Origin: the human T2T-CHM13v2.0 reference genome, Homo sapiens | Direction: 5' to 3' (one strand) | Length of the DNA stretch: 64,000 nt | Assembly: GCF_009914755.1 (NCBI RefSeq) | Contig: NC_060925.1 | In this document: piece by piece, positions 35,521 to 50,415 of the stretch | Layout: each line of letters starts with the position of its first letter | Position numbering within the stretch: the stretch's first letter is position 1 | The notes under the pieces: generated by a model | Database searches by the model: none | What the model was told of the DNA's origin: nothing | The model's input: only the letters and a program-made list of their open reading frames with translations | Made by a program: the position numbers and the translations under genes

Positions 35521-36453
35521 ACATAAGATGTATAAAATACAAGTAGTAAACTGTCAGGCATAAATCTTAATCATATATTACATTAAATATAAATTGATTA
35601 AACATCCTAATCAAAAGGCAGAAACAGGTGTAATGGTTATTTCAAAAGGATCCCAATAAATGCTGCCTAGAATTGACACACTTTAAATTCACAGACACAA
35701 ATAAGTTGTATGTAAAAGAACTGAAAATGTTATACCATGCAAACAATGAACAAAAGAGAGCTGGAGTGACTAAACTAACAGCAGACAAAATACACTTTAA
35801 GATAAAAATGTGTGAATTTTATAATAATAAAATTATCAATCCACCAGGAAGACATAACAATTATAAACACATATGTACCTAACAATAGACTCTCAAAATA
35901 CACAAAAGAAAAAGTCACAGAATTGATGGGAGAAATAGGTACATCAACAACAATAGTTGGGCTTCAATATACTACTTGCAAAATAAGTATAGAACAACTA
36001 GACAGAAGGTCAGCAAGGAAATAAAAGACTTGAAGATTATTAGACCTGTAAGACATCTATAGAATATGTCACTAATCAACAACAGAATGCACATTACATT
36101 CTTGTCAAGTACACATGGGACAGTCTCCAGAAGAAACCGTATGTTAGGCAATGAAACAAGTTTTAATTAATTTCAAATAATTAAATTCATACAAAGTATG
36201 TTTTCTACCACAGTACAGTGAAATTAGAAAGCAGTAACCAAAGGAAATTTGGGAAAATCACAAATACATGAAATTTAAACACACATCCTAAATATCTAAT
36301 GGGTAAAAGAAGATATCAAAGGGGAAATTAGAAAATATTTTGAGATGAATAAAAACAAAAATCCAATATACCGAAACTAATGGGATGATGCAGCTAAAGC
36401 AGTGAATAAAGGGAGATTCAAAACTGCAAATACCTATAAACAAATGAAAAACT

Positions 36454-36757
36454 GCCCTGGTGCCGTGGCTCACACCTGTAATCCCAGCACTTTGGGAGGC
36501 CAAGGCTGATGGATCACTTGAGGTCAGGAGTTCAAGACCAGCCTGGCCAAAATGGTGAAACCCCATCTCTACCAAAAATACAAAAATTAGCCCAGGCGTG
36601 GTGGCACACACCTGGAATCTCAGCTACTTGGGAGGCTAAGACAGGAGAATCACCTGAAACCAGGAGGTGGAGGTTGCCATGAGCCGAGATCATGCCATTG
36701 CACTCCAGCCTGGGTGACAGAATGAGTGAGACTCTGCCTCAAAAAAAAAAAAAAAAA
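36454..36757 (+). mobile_element. AluS (Sx/Sz-like)
   Basis: gatcacttgaggtcaggagttcaagaccagcctggcc; TSD aaatgaaaaact/aagtgaaaaact. Confidence 0.93.
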
Positions 36758-37217
36758 GTGAAAAACTATAAATACCTGAAAAAATGAAATAGTGACTAAA
36801 AAGGCCATAAAGAAAATCAACAAAACCAAAAATGTATTCTTTGAAAAATCAAAAATATTGATAAGCTTTTAAAACTGATCAAGGAAAGAGAAAAATTATG
36901 AAAAATCAGGCATGAAAAAGGGGACATGACTACCAACCATAAAAGAATAGAAAGGATTAAAAGGGAATACTAGAAACAACTGTATAACAACAAATTAGAT
37001 AAGCTAGATAAAATGGAAAAAATCCTAGAAAGAAAAACTAGTAAAACTGACTCAAAAAGAAAAAGAAAGTCTGAATAAACCTATACTAAGTAAAGAGGCT
37101 AAATTCATAATTTTAAAAGTTCCTATAAAATAAAGCTCAGGCCTAGATAGCTTCACTGGCAAATTCTACTAAACTTTTCAAGACAATTTAATGCTACTTC
37201 TTTAAAAATTCTTTAAA

Positions 37218-37506
<289 letters not shown>

Positions 37507-37984
37507 TAAAATTATTTAAATAAGTAAGAGCAGAAACACTTTTCAAGTTATTTTATAAGGTTAGTATTAACCTGATACCAAAACCAAAGACATCATTAGA
37601 AAAAAAAAACTACAAGCCAATATACTTTATGAATAAAGAGGCAGAATATCTTAACAAAATACTAGCAAAGAAAATCTAGCAACATGTAGAAAGGATTACA
37701 TACCACAATCAAGTGGGATTTGTTTCAGGAATGCCTGTTGGTTTAACATCTGAAAATCAATCAAGGTAATGCACCATAATAATAGAATAAAGGAACAAAA
37801 TTATAATCTCCATATGTACAGAAAAATGTACTTTTTGTGGGAAAAAAACACTCAACAAACTAAGAATAGATGGAAATGTTCACAATGTAATAAAGGCTAT
37901 CTATTTTTTTAGAATCCACAGCTAACATCAGACTTAATCATGAAAGACAGAGTAGTTCCCACTTAAGATCAGAAATAAGTTACC

Positions 37985-38135
37985 AGCTTGTGTCTATAAC
38001 CCCACCTACTCTGGAGACTGAGGTGGAAAGATTGCTTGAGCCTAGAGTTTGAGGCTACAGTGAGCTATGACTGTGCCGCTGCACTCTAGCCTTGGTGACA
38101 GAGTGAGACCCCATCTCTTAAAAAAATAATAAAAA
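37985..38135 (+). mobile_element. Alu monomer (FAM/FRAM or AluJ right arm)
   Basis: gaggtggaaagattgcttgagcc...gaggctacagtgagctatga...gagtgagacccc plus A tail. Confidence 0.8.
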
Positions 38136-38452
38136 GGCTGGGCACGGTGGCTCACGCCTGTAATCCCAGCACTTTGGGAGGCCGAGGCAGGCAGATCACA
38201 AGGTCAGCAGACTGAGACCATCCTGGCTAACATGGTGAAACCCCGTCTCTACTAAAAATACAAAAAATTAGCTGGGCATGGTGGCAGGCACCTGTAGTCC
38301 CAGCTACTCAGGAGGCTGAGGCAGGAAAATGGCATGAACTCAGGAGGCGGAGCTTGCAGTGAGCCGAGATCTCACCACTGCACTCCAGCCTGGGCGACAG
38401 AGCAAGACTCCGTCTCAAAAAAAATAATAAATTAATAATAATAATAATAAAA
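38136..38452 (+). mobile_element. AluY inserted in the tail of the older monomer
   Basis: gagaccatcctggctaac, ggaggcggagcttgcag; (aat)n tail. Confidence 0.92.
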
Positions 38453-41400
38453 ACAAAACAAGGATGTCTGCTGTTGCCACCTCTATTCAACATTGCACTG
38501 GAGGTTTAAGGCAAGGCAAGTACACAAGAAAAATAAGTAAAAGGCATGCAGGTACAAAAGGAAGAATCTATCTCTATGTGCAGATTTTTGTTACACAGAA
38601 AATTCTCAAGAATACACAACAATAACTTTTAGAATGAATAAAATATGTCATTAAGATAGAATGATACAAGATCGATATAGGAAAGCTATTGTATTTCTAT
38701 ACACTAGCAATGAAGAATTCAAAACTGATATTAAGAAAATTAAGAAAGTAATTCTATAAATAATAGCATCAAAAAGAATCAAATAATAATAGATTTTACT
38801 AAAGTATTGCAAGATGAGCACTGAAAACCACAAAACATAACTGAAAGAAAATCTAAATAAACGGATGGCTATTCTATGTTTCTGGATCTATATAGTTAAC
38901 GTTTTTTAAGATGGTGATGCTAACTACAATGATCTACAGATCTAAAACAATTCCTATCAAAACCTCAGCTGCTTTTTTGAAAAAATTAACAAACTTACCT
39001 TAAAGTTTATTCGAAAATGCAAGGGACCCAAAGTAAACAAAACAACTTGGAAAAAAAACCAAGTTGTAGAATGTATACATCTTAATTACAAAACATACCA
39101 AAAAGCTACAGAAATCAAGACAGAATGGCACTGGCATAAGAGTCGACAATAGATTAATAGAATAGAATTTAGAGTCCAGAAATAAGTCCAAACTGTATTG
39201 TCAATTAATTTTTAACCAGAAAGAATAGTCTTCAATAAATAGTGCTGAGGCAACTGGTTATCCACATGCTAAAGAATGAATTTGACATTCTAACACACAT
39301 CGTATACAAAAATTAACTCAAGATGGATGACAGAACTAAATGTAAGACCTAAATGTAAGAGCTAAAACTATAAAACTGTGAGAAGAAAACACAAAACTAT
39401 ATCCTCAGGACTTTGCATTAGACATTAGTTTCCTAGACAAGAAATAATAGATAAATTAGATGAATTGAAATTTTTAAACTTTCTTGAAAGAACACTACCA
39501 AAAAGATAAAAAGACAGTCGACAGACTGAGAGAAAATATTTGTGAATTGTAAATTAGGTCAAGGACTTGTATCAAGAATATACAAAGAACCCTTACAAAT
39601 CAACAACATAAAGACAAACAACCCAAGTAAAAAATAGACAAAGAATTTAAGTACACATTTCTCCAAAGAAGACAAAACAATAATCAAAAGCACATGAAAA
39701 AATGTACAACACCATTAGTCATTAGAAACACAAAAGTCAAAATCACAATGAGATAGTACTTCACGGCAACTAGAATGGCTACAATAAAAAAGACATACAG
39801 TAACAAGTACTCAAAATAATTGTGGAAATATTAGAACCCTTGTGCATTGCTGATGGAATTGTAAAATGCTTCAGCTTCTTTGGAAAAGTTTGACAATTCT
39901 TTAAAACTTTAAACATAGAGTTACTATATGACCCAGGAATTCCACTCCTAGGTAATATATCCAAAGAAATGAAAATACATGTCCACACAAAACCCTTTAC
40001 ATAAATGTTCATAGCCAAAAAATGGAAACAACCTAAATGCCCATCAACTAATAAATGGATAGACAATGTGGTATAGCCAAACAATGGAATATTATTCAGC
40101 AACAAAAGGAGTACATGCTATAGTACATGCTACAAAATACATGTTATAACATGATACAGCATGCAACACACATGCTACAACATGAATGAAATTTAGAAAC
40201 ATGTAAAGTGAAGCCAGTCACAAAATAAAGAAACCTTTGTACACTTCCATTTATATCAAATAATCAGAATAGGTTAATCCATAGAAACAACTAGATTAGT
40301 ACTTGCCAATGGCTGGGGGAGGAACATAGGAAGTGACTACTAATACCCATGTGTCTTCATTCCACTGGGTTTCTTTTTGCAGTGATAAAAATTTTCCAAA
40401 TTCAATAGGGGTAATGGTTGCACAATACCATTTTAGTGAATATACTAAAAGCTACTGAATTGTTCATTTCAAGAGAGCGAATGTCATACTATGTAAATTA
40501 TATATTAACAAAGCTATTATAAAAATAATAAAACAAAGAAATGCAGCTGTCATAGTAATTTATTTAAAAAATCCAATAGGCACAAATAAATGAAAAGATA
40601 TTCCATGTTTATGAATTGTAAGAAATAATATTGTTAAAATGTCCATACCACCCAAAGCAATCTATAGACTCAGTGCAATTCCAATCAAAAATCCACTGGC
40701 CTTTTTCACATAAATAGAAAAAAAAATCCTAAAATTTATTTTTGACCCCAATAGCTATAGCAATCTTGAGCAAAGTGAACAAAAGCTAGAGGGATCACTT
40801 TATCTGATTTCAAAATATACTACAAAGCTAAAGTAATCAAAACAGCATGGTACTGGCATAAAAACAGACATACAGACCAATGAGCAAAATAGAATCCAGA
40901 AATAAATTCACATATTTATAATCAATTGATCTTTGGTAAAGTCAAAAACACACAATAAGAAAAGGACAATCTCTTCAATAAATGATGTTTGGAAAACAAG
41001 ATATCCACATGCAGAAGAATAACATTGTACTCTTATCTCATACTACATATGAAAATAAATTCAAAATACATTAGAATTAAAGTAAGACCTGGGACTGTAA
41101 AACTACTGGAAGAAAACATAGGAGAAATGCTTCTTGACATCTGTCTGAGCAATGATTTTTTTTGATGTCACCCCAAAAACACAGGCAACAAAAGCAAAAA
41201 TAAACAAATGGTATTATATCAAACTAAAGAGGTTTTGCAAAGCAAAGAAGCAAGCAGCAAAACAAAAAGGCAACCTATAGAATGGGAGAAATACTTGCAA
41301 AGCATACATTTGATAATATCCAAAAGATATAAAGAACTCAAACAATAAAATAGAAAGAAAACAAATAACCCAATTAAATCATAGGCAAAGGAATTAAGTA

Positions 41401-41917
41401 AACATTTCTCAAATGAATACATAGAAATGGCCAAAAGTTACATGAAAAGATGCTCAACATCACTAATCATCAAACACATGCAAATCAAAACCACAATGAG
41501 ATCCCACACTTCACGCATATCAGAATTGTTACTATTAAAAATCAAATGAGGAGAGAGGGAGACCAAGATAGCAGAACAGAAAGCTCCACAGATCATCCCC
41601 GCTTCAAGGACACCAAGTTAACAACTATCTACACGGAAGAAGAAGAAAAAAAAAACACCATAAGAAGCAAAAATTAGGTGAGCACTCATAGTATCTGGTT
41701 TTAACTTCTTATCGCTGAAAGAGGCATTGAAGAGATAGAAAAAGCAGTACTGAATCACCGATGTGACCTTGCCCCCAGGCCTGGCCACAGCAGCAGGGTG
41801 CTGAGAGCATCTCTGAGCAATGTGCAGAGAGAGAGAACACAGCAATTGTGAGGCGGTGAACTTAGTGCTGCTCTGTTAGAGCAGAAAGGAAAACCAAACC
41901 AAACTCAGCTGATGCCT

Positions 41918-42282
41918 TGTATTAGTCCATTTTCACACTGTTATAAAGAACTACCTGAGACTGGGTAATTTATAAAGGAAAGGAGTTTAATTGACTCACA
42001 GTTCCACATGGCTAGAAGGCTGCAAAAATCTTAAAATAATGGTGGAAGGTGAAGGGAAAGCAAGACACATCTAACATGGTGCCAGGAGAGAGAGAGAGCA
42101 AGGGGGAAAGTGCCACACTTTTAAACCATCAGATCTCATGAGAACTCAGTCACTTTCACAAGAACACCATGGGGGAAAATTCACGTCCATGATCTAATCA
42201 CTTCCAACCAGATCTCTCCCCTGACACATGGGGATTAAAATTCCACACGAGTTTTGGGTGGGGACACAGTCAAACCATATCA
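41918..42282 (-). mobile_element. THE1 (THE1C/D-like) solo LTR
   Basis: tgtattagtccattttcacactg...gggacacagtcaaaccatatca; flanks tgcct/caccc. Confidence 0.9.
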
Positions 42283-45200
42283 CACCCACCCAGAGAGAGA
42301 GTATTTAAACCAGCCTGAGCAAGGGAGGAGTCACCAATCCCAGCGGTTCGAACTTGAGTGCCTGCAACCCTTTTGATCTCTAGGTAAACTTGAAAGGCAG
42401 TATAGGCCATAAAGACTGCAACTCTTAGGTGAGTCATAAAGATGAAATAGGCCCAGGGAGAATGGACTGGGGCTGGTGGGGGTTGGGGGGAAAAGCATGT
42501 TACATAATGAGACACCAGCTGGGGCAGCCAAGGGAGTGCAGACATCATCCCTCCCCTAATCCCAGGCTGCACAGCTTATGGCTCCAAAAGAAACACCTTC
42601 CTTCTGTTTGAACAGAGGAGAAGAGTGGGGAAGACTTTGTCTTGCAACCTGGATACCAGTGCAGCCACAGCAGGATAGGGCACCAGTCAGAGTCATGAGG
42701 CCCCCGTTCCAGGCCCTAGCTCCCAAATGACATTTCTAGACATATCCTGGGCTAGAAGGAAGCCTGCTGCCTTGAAGGAAAGAACCCATTCCTGCCAGCA
42801 TTCATCACCTGCTAACTGAAGAGTCCTTGGGCCCTGAATAAGCAGCAATCATACCCAGGTACTACATCAAGGGCCTTGGGCAAGCCTCTGAGACTTGCTG
42901 GCTTCAGGTGAGATTCAGAACATTACCAGCTGTGCTGGCTATGGGACACTCCTGCTTGAGAAAAGCAGAGGGGAAAGTAAAGGAGACTTTGTCTTGCACA
43001 TTATGTACCAGCATGGCTGCAGGGGTGTAGAGCAATAAGCAGGCTCTTGAGGTCCCTGATGCCAGGACCTGATGGTTGGATGACATTTCTGGACCTGCCC
43101 TTGGCCAGAAGGGAGCCCACTGTTCTGAAGGGTGAGACCCAGACCAGGCAGCATTTACCAGAAACTGACTTAAGAGACCATGAGCCCTAAGGGGACATTG
43201 GTGGGTCTGACAGTACTCCTCATGGCCAGGGGTAGTGGTGGCCACAGGGTGAAGATCCTCTGCCTTTGGAAAAGGGAGAGAAGAGTGGGAGGGACTACGT
43301 CTTGTGGTTTGAGTGCCAGCTCAGCTGCAATACAATAGGATACCAGGTAGACTTCTAAGATTTTTTACTCTAGTCCCTGACTCCTAGACAGACAGAACCT
43401 CTGGACCCACATGGGGCTTAGGGGGCCTCGTCACCCTGAAGAGAATATCCCAGGCCTAGCTGGCTTTGCCACTTGCTGATTGTAGAGCACCAGGACCTTG
43501 AAATAACATAGGTGGTAGCCAGGGAGTGGTTACAGCAGGCATTGGGTGAGACCCAGCACTGTGCTGGCTTCCCGTGTGACCCACTGCAGTCATAGTGGTA
43601 GTGGCCACAGGCTGTGCCTGAGTCACTCCGCCCTCACTTTAGGTGACTCAGAACAGAGAGAGAGAGAGACTCTGTATGTTTTGGAGAAAGTAAGGGAAGA
43701 TAACAAGAATCTATGCCTGGTAATCCAGAGAATTCTCCCACATCTTATCCAAGACAATCAAGGTGGTACCTCTATAAGTCTGCAAGAACTGCGGTGTTAC
43801 TGGGCTTGTTGTGCTCCCTAAATCAGAAACAGCTTAGATCACAACACCCAAGTCCTTTCAAAATATTTGAAAAGTCTTCCCAAGAAAGATGGCTACAAAT
43901 AAGCCCAGACACTGGAGACAACAATAAATACCTAACTCTTCAATGCACACCACCAAAGAACATTTACTAGCTTCAATACCACCAAGGGAAACATGCCCTC
44001 ACCAAGTGAAGTAAATAGGGCACCAGAGACCAATCCTGGAGAAATAGAGATATGTGACCTTTCAGACAGGGCATTCAAAATAGCTGTGTTGAGGAAACTC
44101 AAAGAAATTCAAGATAACACAGAGAAGGAATTTCAAATTATATCAGATAAATTTAACAAAAAGAAATAAAGAAAATCAATCAGAAATTCAGGAGCTGAAA
44201 ACTGCAATTGGTATATTAAAGAATGCATCAGGCTGGCAAGATGGCCGAATAAGAACAGCTCCAGTCTGCAGCTCCCAGGGAGACCAACATAGAAAGAGGG
44301 TGATTCCTGGATTTCCAGCTGACGTACCTGGTTCATCTCCCTGGGACTGGTTAGACAGTGGGTGCAGCCCACAGAGGGTGAGCACAAGCAGGGTGGGGCA
44401 TCACCTCACCTGGGAACAGCAAGGGGCCAAGGAACTCCCTGCCTTAGCCAAGGGAAGCCATGAGGAACTATGCCATGAGGGACTGTGCTATCCAGCCCAG
44501 ATACTATGCTTTTCCCAAGGATTTTGCAACCTGCTGACCAGGAGATGCCCTCCTGTGCCTACACCACCAAGGTCCTGGGTTTCAAGCACAAAACTGGGCA
44601 GCTGTTTGGGCAGGCATCAAGCTAGCTGCAGGAGTTTTTGTTTGTTTGTTGGTTTGTACCCCAGTACAATTGTTCTGGAGACAGAACCATTCATCCCTCT
44701 GTAAAGGGGGCTGAAGCCAGGGAGCCAAGTGGTCTCACTCAGCAGGTCCCACTCCCACAGAGCCCAGAAAGATAAGAATCACTGGCTTGAAATTCCCGCT
44801 GCCATCACAGCAGTCTGAAGTCCACCTGGAATGACTGAGTTGGTAGGGGGAGGTGTATCCACCATTAGTGAGGCTTGAGTAGACAGTTTTCCCCTGATGG
44901 TGCTAAGGAGGCCTGGAAGTTCAGACTGGGCTGAACTCAACACAGCGTGGCAAAGCAGCTGTGGCCAAACTGCCTCTCTAGATTCCTCTTCACTGGGCAG
45001 GGCATCTCTGAAAGAAAAGCAGCAGCCCCAGTCAAGGGCTTATAGTTAAAACTCCCATCTCCCTGGGACAGAGCACCTGGGGGAAGGGGTGACTGTGGGC
45101 ACAGCTTCAGTGGACTTAAATATTCCTGCCTGCTGGCTCTGAAAAGAGAAGCAAATCCTGGCAAGGTGGATTCTCACAGCACAGCACTCGAGCTCTGCCA

Positions 45201-47747
45201 AGGGACAGACTACCTCATCAAGTGGGTCACTGACATCCATGCCTCCTGACAGGGAGAGATCTCCCAACAGGTGTTGACAGACACTTCATACAGGAGAGCT
45301 CCAGCTGGCATCAGGCTGGTGCCCTTCTGGGACGATGCTTCCAGAGGAAGGAGCAGGCAGCCATCTTTCCTGTTCTGCAGCCTCCACTGGTAATACCCAG
45401 GCAAATAGGGTCTGGAGTGGACCTCCAGGAAACTGCAGCAGACCTGAAGAAGAGGGACCTGATTGTAAGAAGAAAGACTAACAAACAGAAAGCAATAACA
45501 TCAGCATTAACAGAAAAGACCACCACACAAAAACCCTATCCAAAGTAAATCCACAAAGATGAGGAAAATCCAGCACAAAAAATGCTGAATATTTCAAAAA
45601 CCAGAATGCCTCTCCTCCTCCAAATGATCACAACTCCTCTCCAGCAAGGGCACAAAACTGGATGGAGAATGAATTTGATGAATTGACAGAAGTAGGCTTC
45701 AGAAGGTGGGTAAAAAGAAACTCCTCTAAGCTAAAGGAGCATGTTCTAACCCAATTGAAGGAAGTTAAGAACCTTGACAAAAGGATACAGGAACTGCTAA
45801 CTAGAATAACCAGTTTAGAGAAGAACATAAATGACCTGATGGAGCTGAAATACACAGAATGAGAACTTCATGAATCATGCACAACTATCAACAGCTGAAT
45901 TGATCAAGTGGAAGAAAGGATATCAGAGATTGAGGATCAGCTTACTGAAATAAGGCGTGAAGACAAGATTAGAGAAAAAAAAATGAAAAGGAATGAACAA
46001 AACCTCCAAGAAATATGGGACTATGTGAAAAGACCAAACCTATATTTTATTGGTATACCTGAAAGTAATGGGGAGAATGGAACCAAGTTGGAAAACACTC
46101 TGCAGGATATTATCCAGGAGAACTTCCCCAACCTAGCAAGACAGGTAAACATTAAAATTGAGGAAATAAGGAGAACACCGCTAAGATACTCCTTGAGAAG
46201 ATCAACCCCAAGACACATAATCATCAGATTCACCAAGGTTGAAATGGAGGAAAAAATGTTAAGGGCAGCCAGAGAGAAAGATCAGGTTACCTACAAAGGG
46301 AAGCCCATCAGGCTAACAGCAGATCTCTCTGCAGAAATACTATAAACCAGAAGAGAGTAGGGGCCAATATTCAACATTCTTAAAAGAATTTTCAACCCAG
46401 AATTTCATATCCAGCCAAACTAAGCTTCATAAGTGAAGGAGAAATAAAATCCTTTAAAGACAAGCAAATGCTGAGGGATTTTGTCACCACCAGTTCTGCC
46501 TTACAAGAGCTCCTGAAGGAAGCACTAAATATGGAAAAGAAAAATCAGTACCAGCCACTGCAAAAACACACCAAAATATAAAAACCAATGACACTGTGAA
46601 GAAACTGCATTAACCAATGTGCAAAATAACCAGCTAGCATCATGATGACAAAATCAAATTCACACATAACAATATTAACCTTAAGTATAAATGGGCTAAA
46701 TGCTCCAATTAAAAGACACAGACTGTCAAGTTGGATAAAGAGTCAAGACCCATCAGTGTGCTGTATTCAGGAGACCCATCTCACACGCAAAGACACACAT
46801 AGGCTCAAAATAAAGGGATGGAATAACATTTACCAAGCAAATGGAAAGGAAAAAAAAGGAGGTGTTGCAATCCTAGTCTCTGATAAAACAGACTTTACAC
46901 CAACAAAGATCAAAAAAGACAAAGGAGGGCATTACATAATGGTAAAAAGATCAATGCAACAAGAAGAGCTAACTATCCTAAATATATATGCACCCAATAG
47001 TAGCACCCACATTAATAAAACAAGTTCTTAGAGACATAAAAAGAGACTTAGACTCCCACACAATAATACTGGGAAACTTTAACACCCCACTGTCAATATT
47101 AGATCAAAAGACCGAAAATTAAGGATATTTGAACTCAGCTCTGGACTAAGCAGACCTAATAGACATCTACAGAACTCTCCACTCCAAATCAACAGAATAT
47201 ACATTCTTCTCAGTACCACATAGCACTTATTCTAAAGTCGACCACATAATTGAAAGTAAAACACTCATCAGCAAATGCAAAAGAACGGAAATGATAACAA
47301 ACAGTCTCTCAGACCACAATGCAATCAAATTAGAACTCTAAGAAACTCACTCAAAACTTCACAACTACATGGAAACTGAACAACCTGCTCCTGAATGACT
47401 ACTGGGTAAATAATGAAATTGAGACAGAAATAACGAAATTCTTTGAAACCAATGAGAACAAAGACACAATGTATCAGAATCTCTGGGACACAGCTAAAGC
47501 AGGGTTAAGAGGGAAATTTATAGCTCTAAATGTCCACATCAGAAAGCAGAAAAGATCTGAAATCGACACCCTAACATCACAATTAAAAGAATTAGAGAAG
47601 CAAGAGCAAACAAATTCAAAAGCTAGCAGAAGACAAGTAATAACTGAGATCAGAGCAGAACTGAAGGAGATAGAGACACAAAAAACTCTTCAAAAAAATC
47701 AATGAATCCAGGATCTGGTATTTTTGATAAGATTAACAAAATAGATA

Positions 47748-50415
47748 GGGGCGGTTCCAAGATGGCCAAATAGGAACAGCTCCAGTCTACAGCTCCCAGC
47801 ATGAGTGACGCAGAAGACGGGAGATTTCTGCATTTCCAACTGAGGTATCAGGTTCATCTCACTGGGGCTTGTTGAACAATGGGTGCAGGACAGTGGGTGC
47901 AGCCCACTGAGCATGAGCCGAAGCAGGGTGAGGCATCAACTCACCCGGGAAGCACAAGGGGTCAGGGAATTCCCTTTCCTAGCCAAGGGAAGCTGTGACA
48001 TACAGCACCTGGAATATCAGGTCACTCCCACCCTAATACTGTGCTTTTCCAATGGTCTTAGCAAACGGCACACCAGGAGATTATATCCCGCGCCTGGCTC
48101 GGAGGTTCCCACGCCCACAGAGCCTCGCTCATTGCTAGCACAGCAGTCTGAGATTGAACTGCAAGGTGGCAGCGAGGCTGGGGGAGGGGAGCCTACCATT
48201 GCTGAGGCTTCAGTAGGTAAACAAAGCGGCCAGGCATCTTGAACTGGGTGGAGCCCACCACAGCTCAAGGAGGCCTGCCTGCCTCTGTACACTCCACCTC
48301 TGGGGGCAGGGCATAGCCGAACAAAAGGCAGCAGAAACCTCTGCAGACTTAAATGTCCCTGTCTGACAGCTTTGAAGAGAGTAGTGGTTCTCCCAGCATG
48401 GAGTTTGAGATCTGAGAATGGACAGACTGCCTCCTCAAGTGGGTCCCTGACCCCTGAGTAGCCTAACTGGGAGGCACCTCCCCCATAGGGGCAGACTGAA
48501 ACCTCACACAGCTGGGTACCCCTCTGAGATGAAGCTTGCAGAGGAACAATCAGGGTCTGGAGTGGACCTCCAGCAAACTCCAACAGACCTGCAGCTGAGG
48601 GTCCTGACTGTTAGAAGGAAAACTAACAAACAGAAAGGACATCCACACCAAAACCCCACCTGTACGTCACTATCATCAAAGACCAAAGGTACAGAAAACC
48701 ACAAAGATGGGGAAAAAACAGAGCAGAAAAGCTGAAAATTCTAAAAATCAGAGTGCCTCTCCACCTCCAAAGGAACGCATCTCCTCACCAGCAACGGAAC
48801 AAAGCTGGATGGAGAATGACTTTGACAAGTTGAGAGAACTAGGCTTCAGATGATCAAACTTCTCTGAGCTAAAGGAGGAAGTTCAAACCCATCGCAAAGA
48901 AGATAAAAACCTTGAAAAAAGATAAGACAAATGGTTAACTAGAATAACTAGTATAGAGAAGTCCTTAAATGACCTGATGGAACTGAAAACCATGGCATGA
49001 GAACTACGTGACGAATGCACAAGCTTCAGTAGCTGATTCGATCAACTGGAAGAAAGGGTATCAGTGATTGAAGATCAAATGAATGAAATGAAGTGAGAAG
49101 AGTGTAGAGAAAAAAGAGTAAAAAGAAACTAACAAAGCCTCCAAGAAATATGGAACTATGTGAAAAGACCAAATCTACATCCGATTGGTGTACCTGAAAG
49201 TGATGGGGAGAATGGGACCAAGTTGGAAAACACTCTGCAGATATTATCCAGGAGAACTTTCCCAACCTAGCAAGGCAGGCCAACATTCAAATTCAGGAAA
49301 TACAGAGAATGCCACAAAGATACTCCTCGAGAAGAGCAACTCCAAGACACATAATTGTCAGATTCACCAAAGTTGAAATGACGGAAAAAATGTTAAGGGC
49401 AGCCAGTGAGAAAGGTTGGGTTACCCACAAAGGGAAGCCAAACAGACTAACAGCGGATCTCTCGGCAGAAACCCTAAAAGCCAGAAGAGAGTAGGGGCCA
49501 ATATTCAACATTCTTAAAGAAAAGAATTTTCAACCCAGAATTTCATATCCAGCCAAACTAAGCTTCATAAGTGAAGGAGAAATAAAATCTTTACAATAAG
49601 CAAATGCTGAGAGATTTTGTCACCACCAGGCCTGCCCTATAAGAGCTCCTGAAGGAAGCACTAAACATGGAAAGGAACAACCAGTACCAGCCACTGCAAA
49701 AACAGGCCAAATTGTAAAGACCATCGATGCTAGGAAGAAACTGCATCAACTAACGAGCAAAATAACCAGCTAACATCATAATGACAGGATCAAATTCACG
49801 CATAACAATATTAACCTTAAATGTAAATGGGCTAAATGCTCCAATTAAAAGACACAGACTGGCAAATTGGATAAAGAGTCAAGACCCATCAGTGTGCTGT
49901 ATTCAGGAGACCCATCTCATGTGCAGAGACACACATAGGCTCAAAATAAAGGGATGGAGGAAGATCTACCAAGCAAATGGAAAACAAAGGCAGGGGTTGG
50001 AATCCTAGTCTCTGACAAAATAGACTTTAAGCCAACAAAGATCAAAAGAGACAAAGAAGGCCATTACATAATGGTAAAGGGATCAATTCACAAGAAGAGC
50101 TAACTATCCTAAATATATATGCACCCAAAACAGGAGCACCCAGATTCATAAAGCAAGTCCTTAGAGACCTACAAAGAGACTTAGACTCCCATGTAATAAT
50201 AATGGGAGACTTTAACACCCCACTGTCAACATGAGACAGATCAACAAGACAGAAAGTTAACAAGGATATCCAGGAAATGAACTCAGCTCTGTACCAAGCG
50301 GACCTAATCGACATCTACGGAACTCTCCATCCCAAATCAACAGAATATACATTCTTCTCAGCCCCACTCACACTTATTCCAAAATTGACCACATAGTTGG
50401 AAGTAAAGCACTCCT
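47748..50415 (+). mobile_element. Younger L1PA (L1PA5/6-like): 5'UTR, ORF1 (ATG 48707, disrupted) and EN part of ORF2 (ATG 49781); 3' end missing
   Basis: ggggcggttccaagatggccaaataggaacagctcc; MTGSNSRITILTLNVNGLN at 49781; ends at gtaaagcactcct. Confidence 0.92.
48017..48199 (-). pseudogene. L1 antisense ORF0 homologue, 60 aa with a premature stop
   Basis: MVGSPPPASLPPCSSISDCCASNERGSVGVGTSEPGAGYNLLVCRLLRPLEKHSIRVGVT* aligns to L1HS ORF0 (MAGAPPPASLPPCSLISDCCASNQRDSVGVG...). Confidence 0.8.

Noticed and set aside
45662-50008. L1 ORF1/ORF2 fragments as functional genes
   Set aside because: Multiple stops and frameshifts, and the RT domain is deleted; not retrotransposition competent
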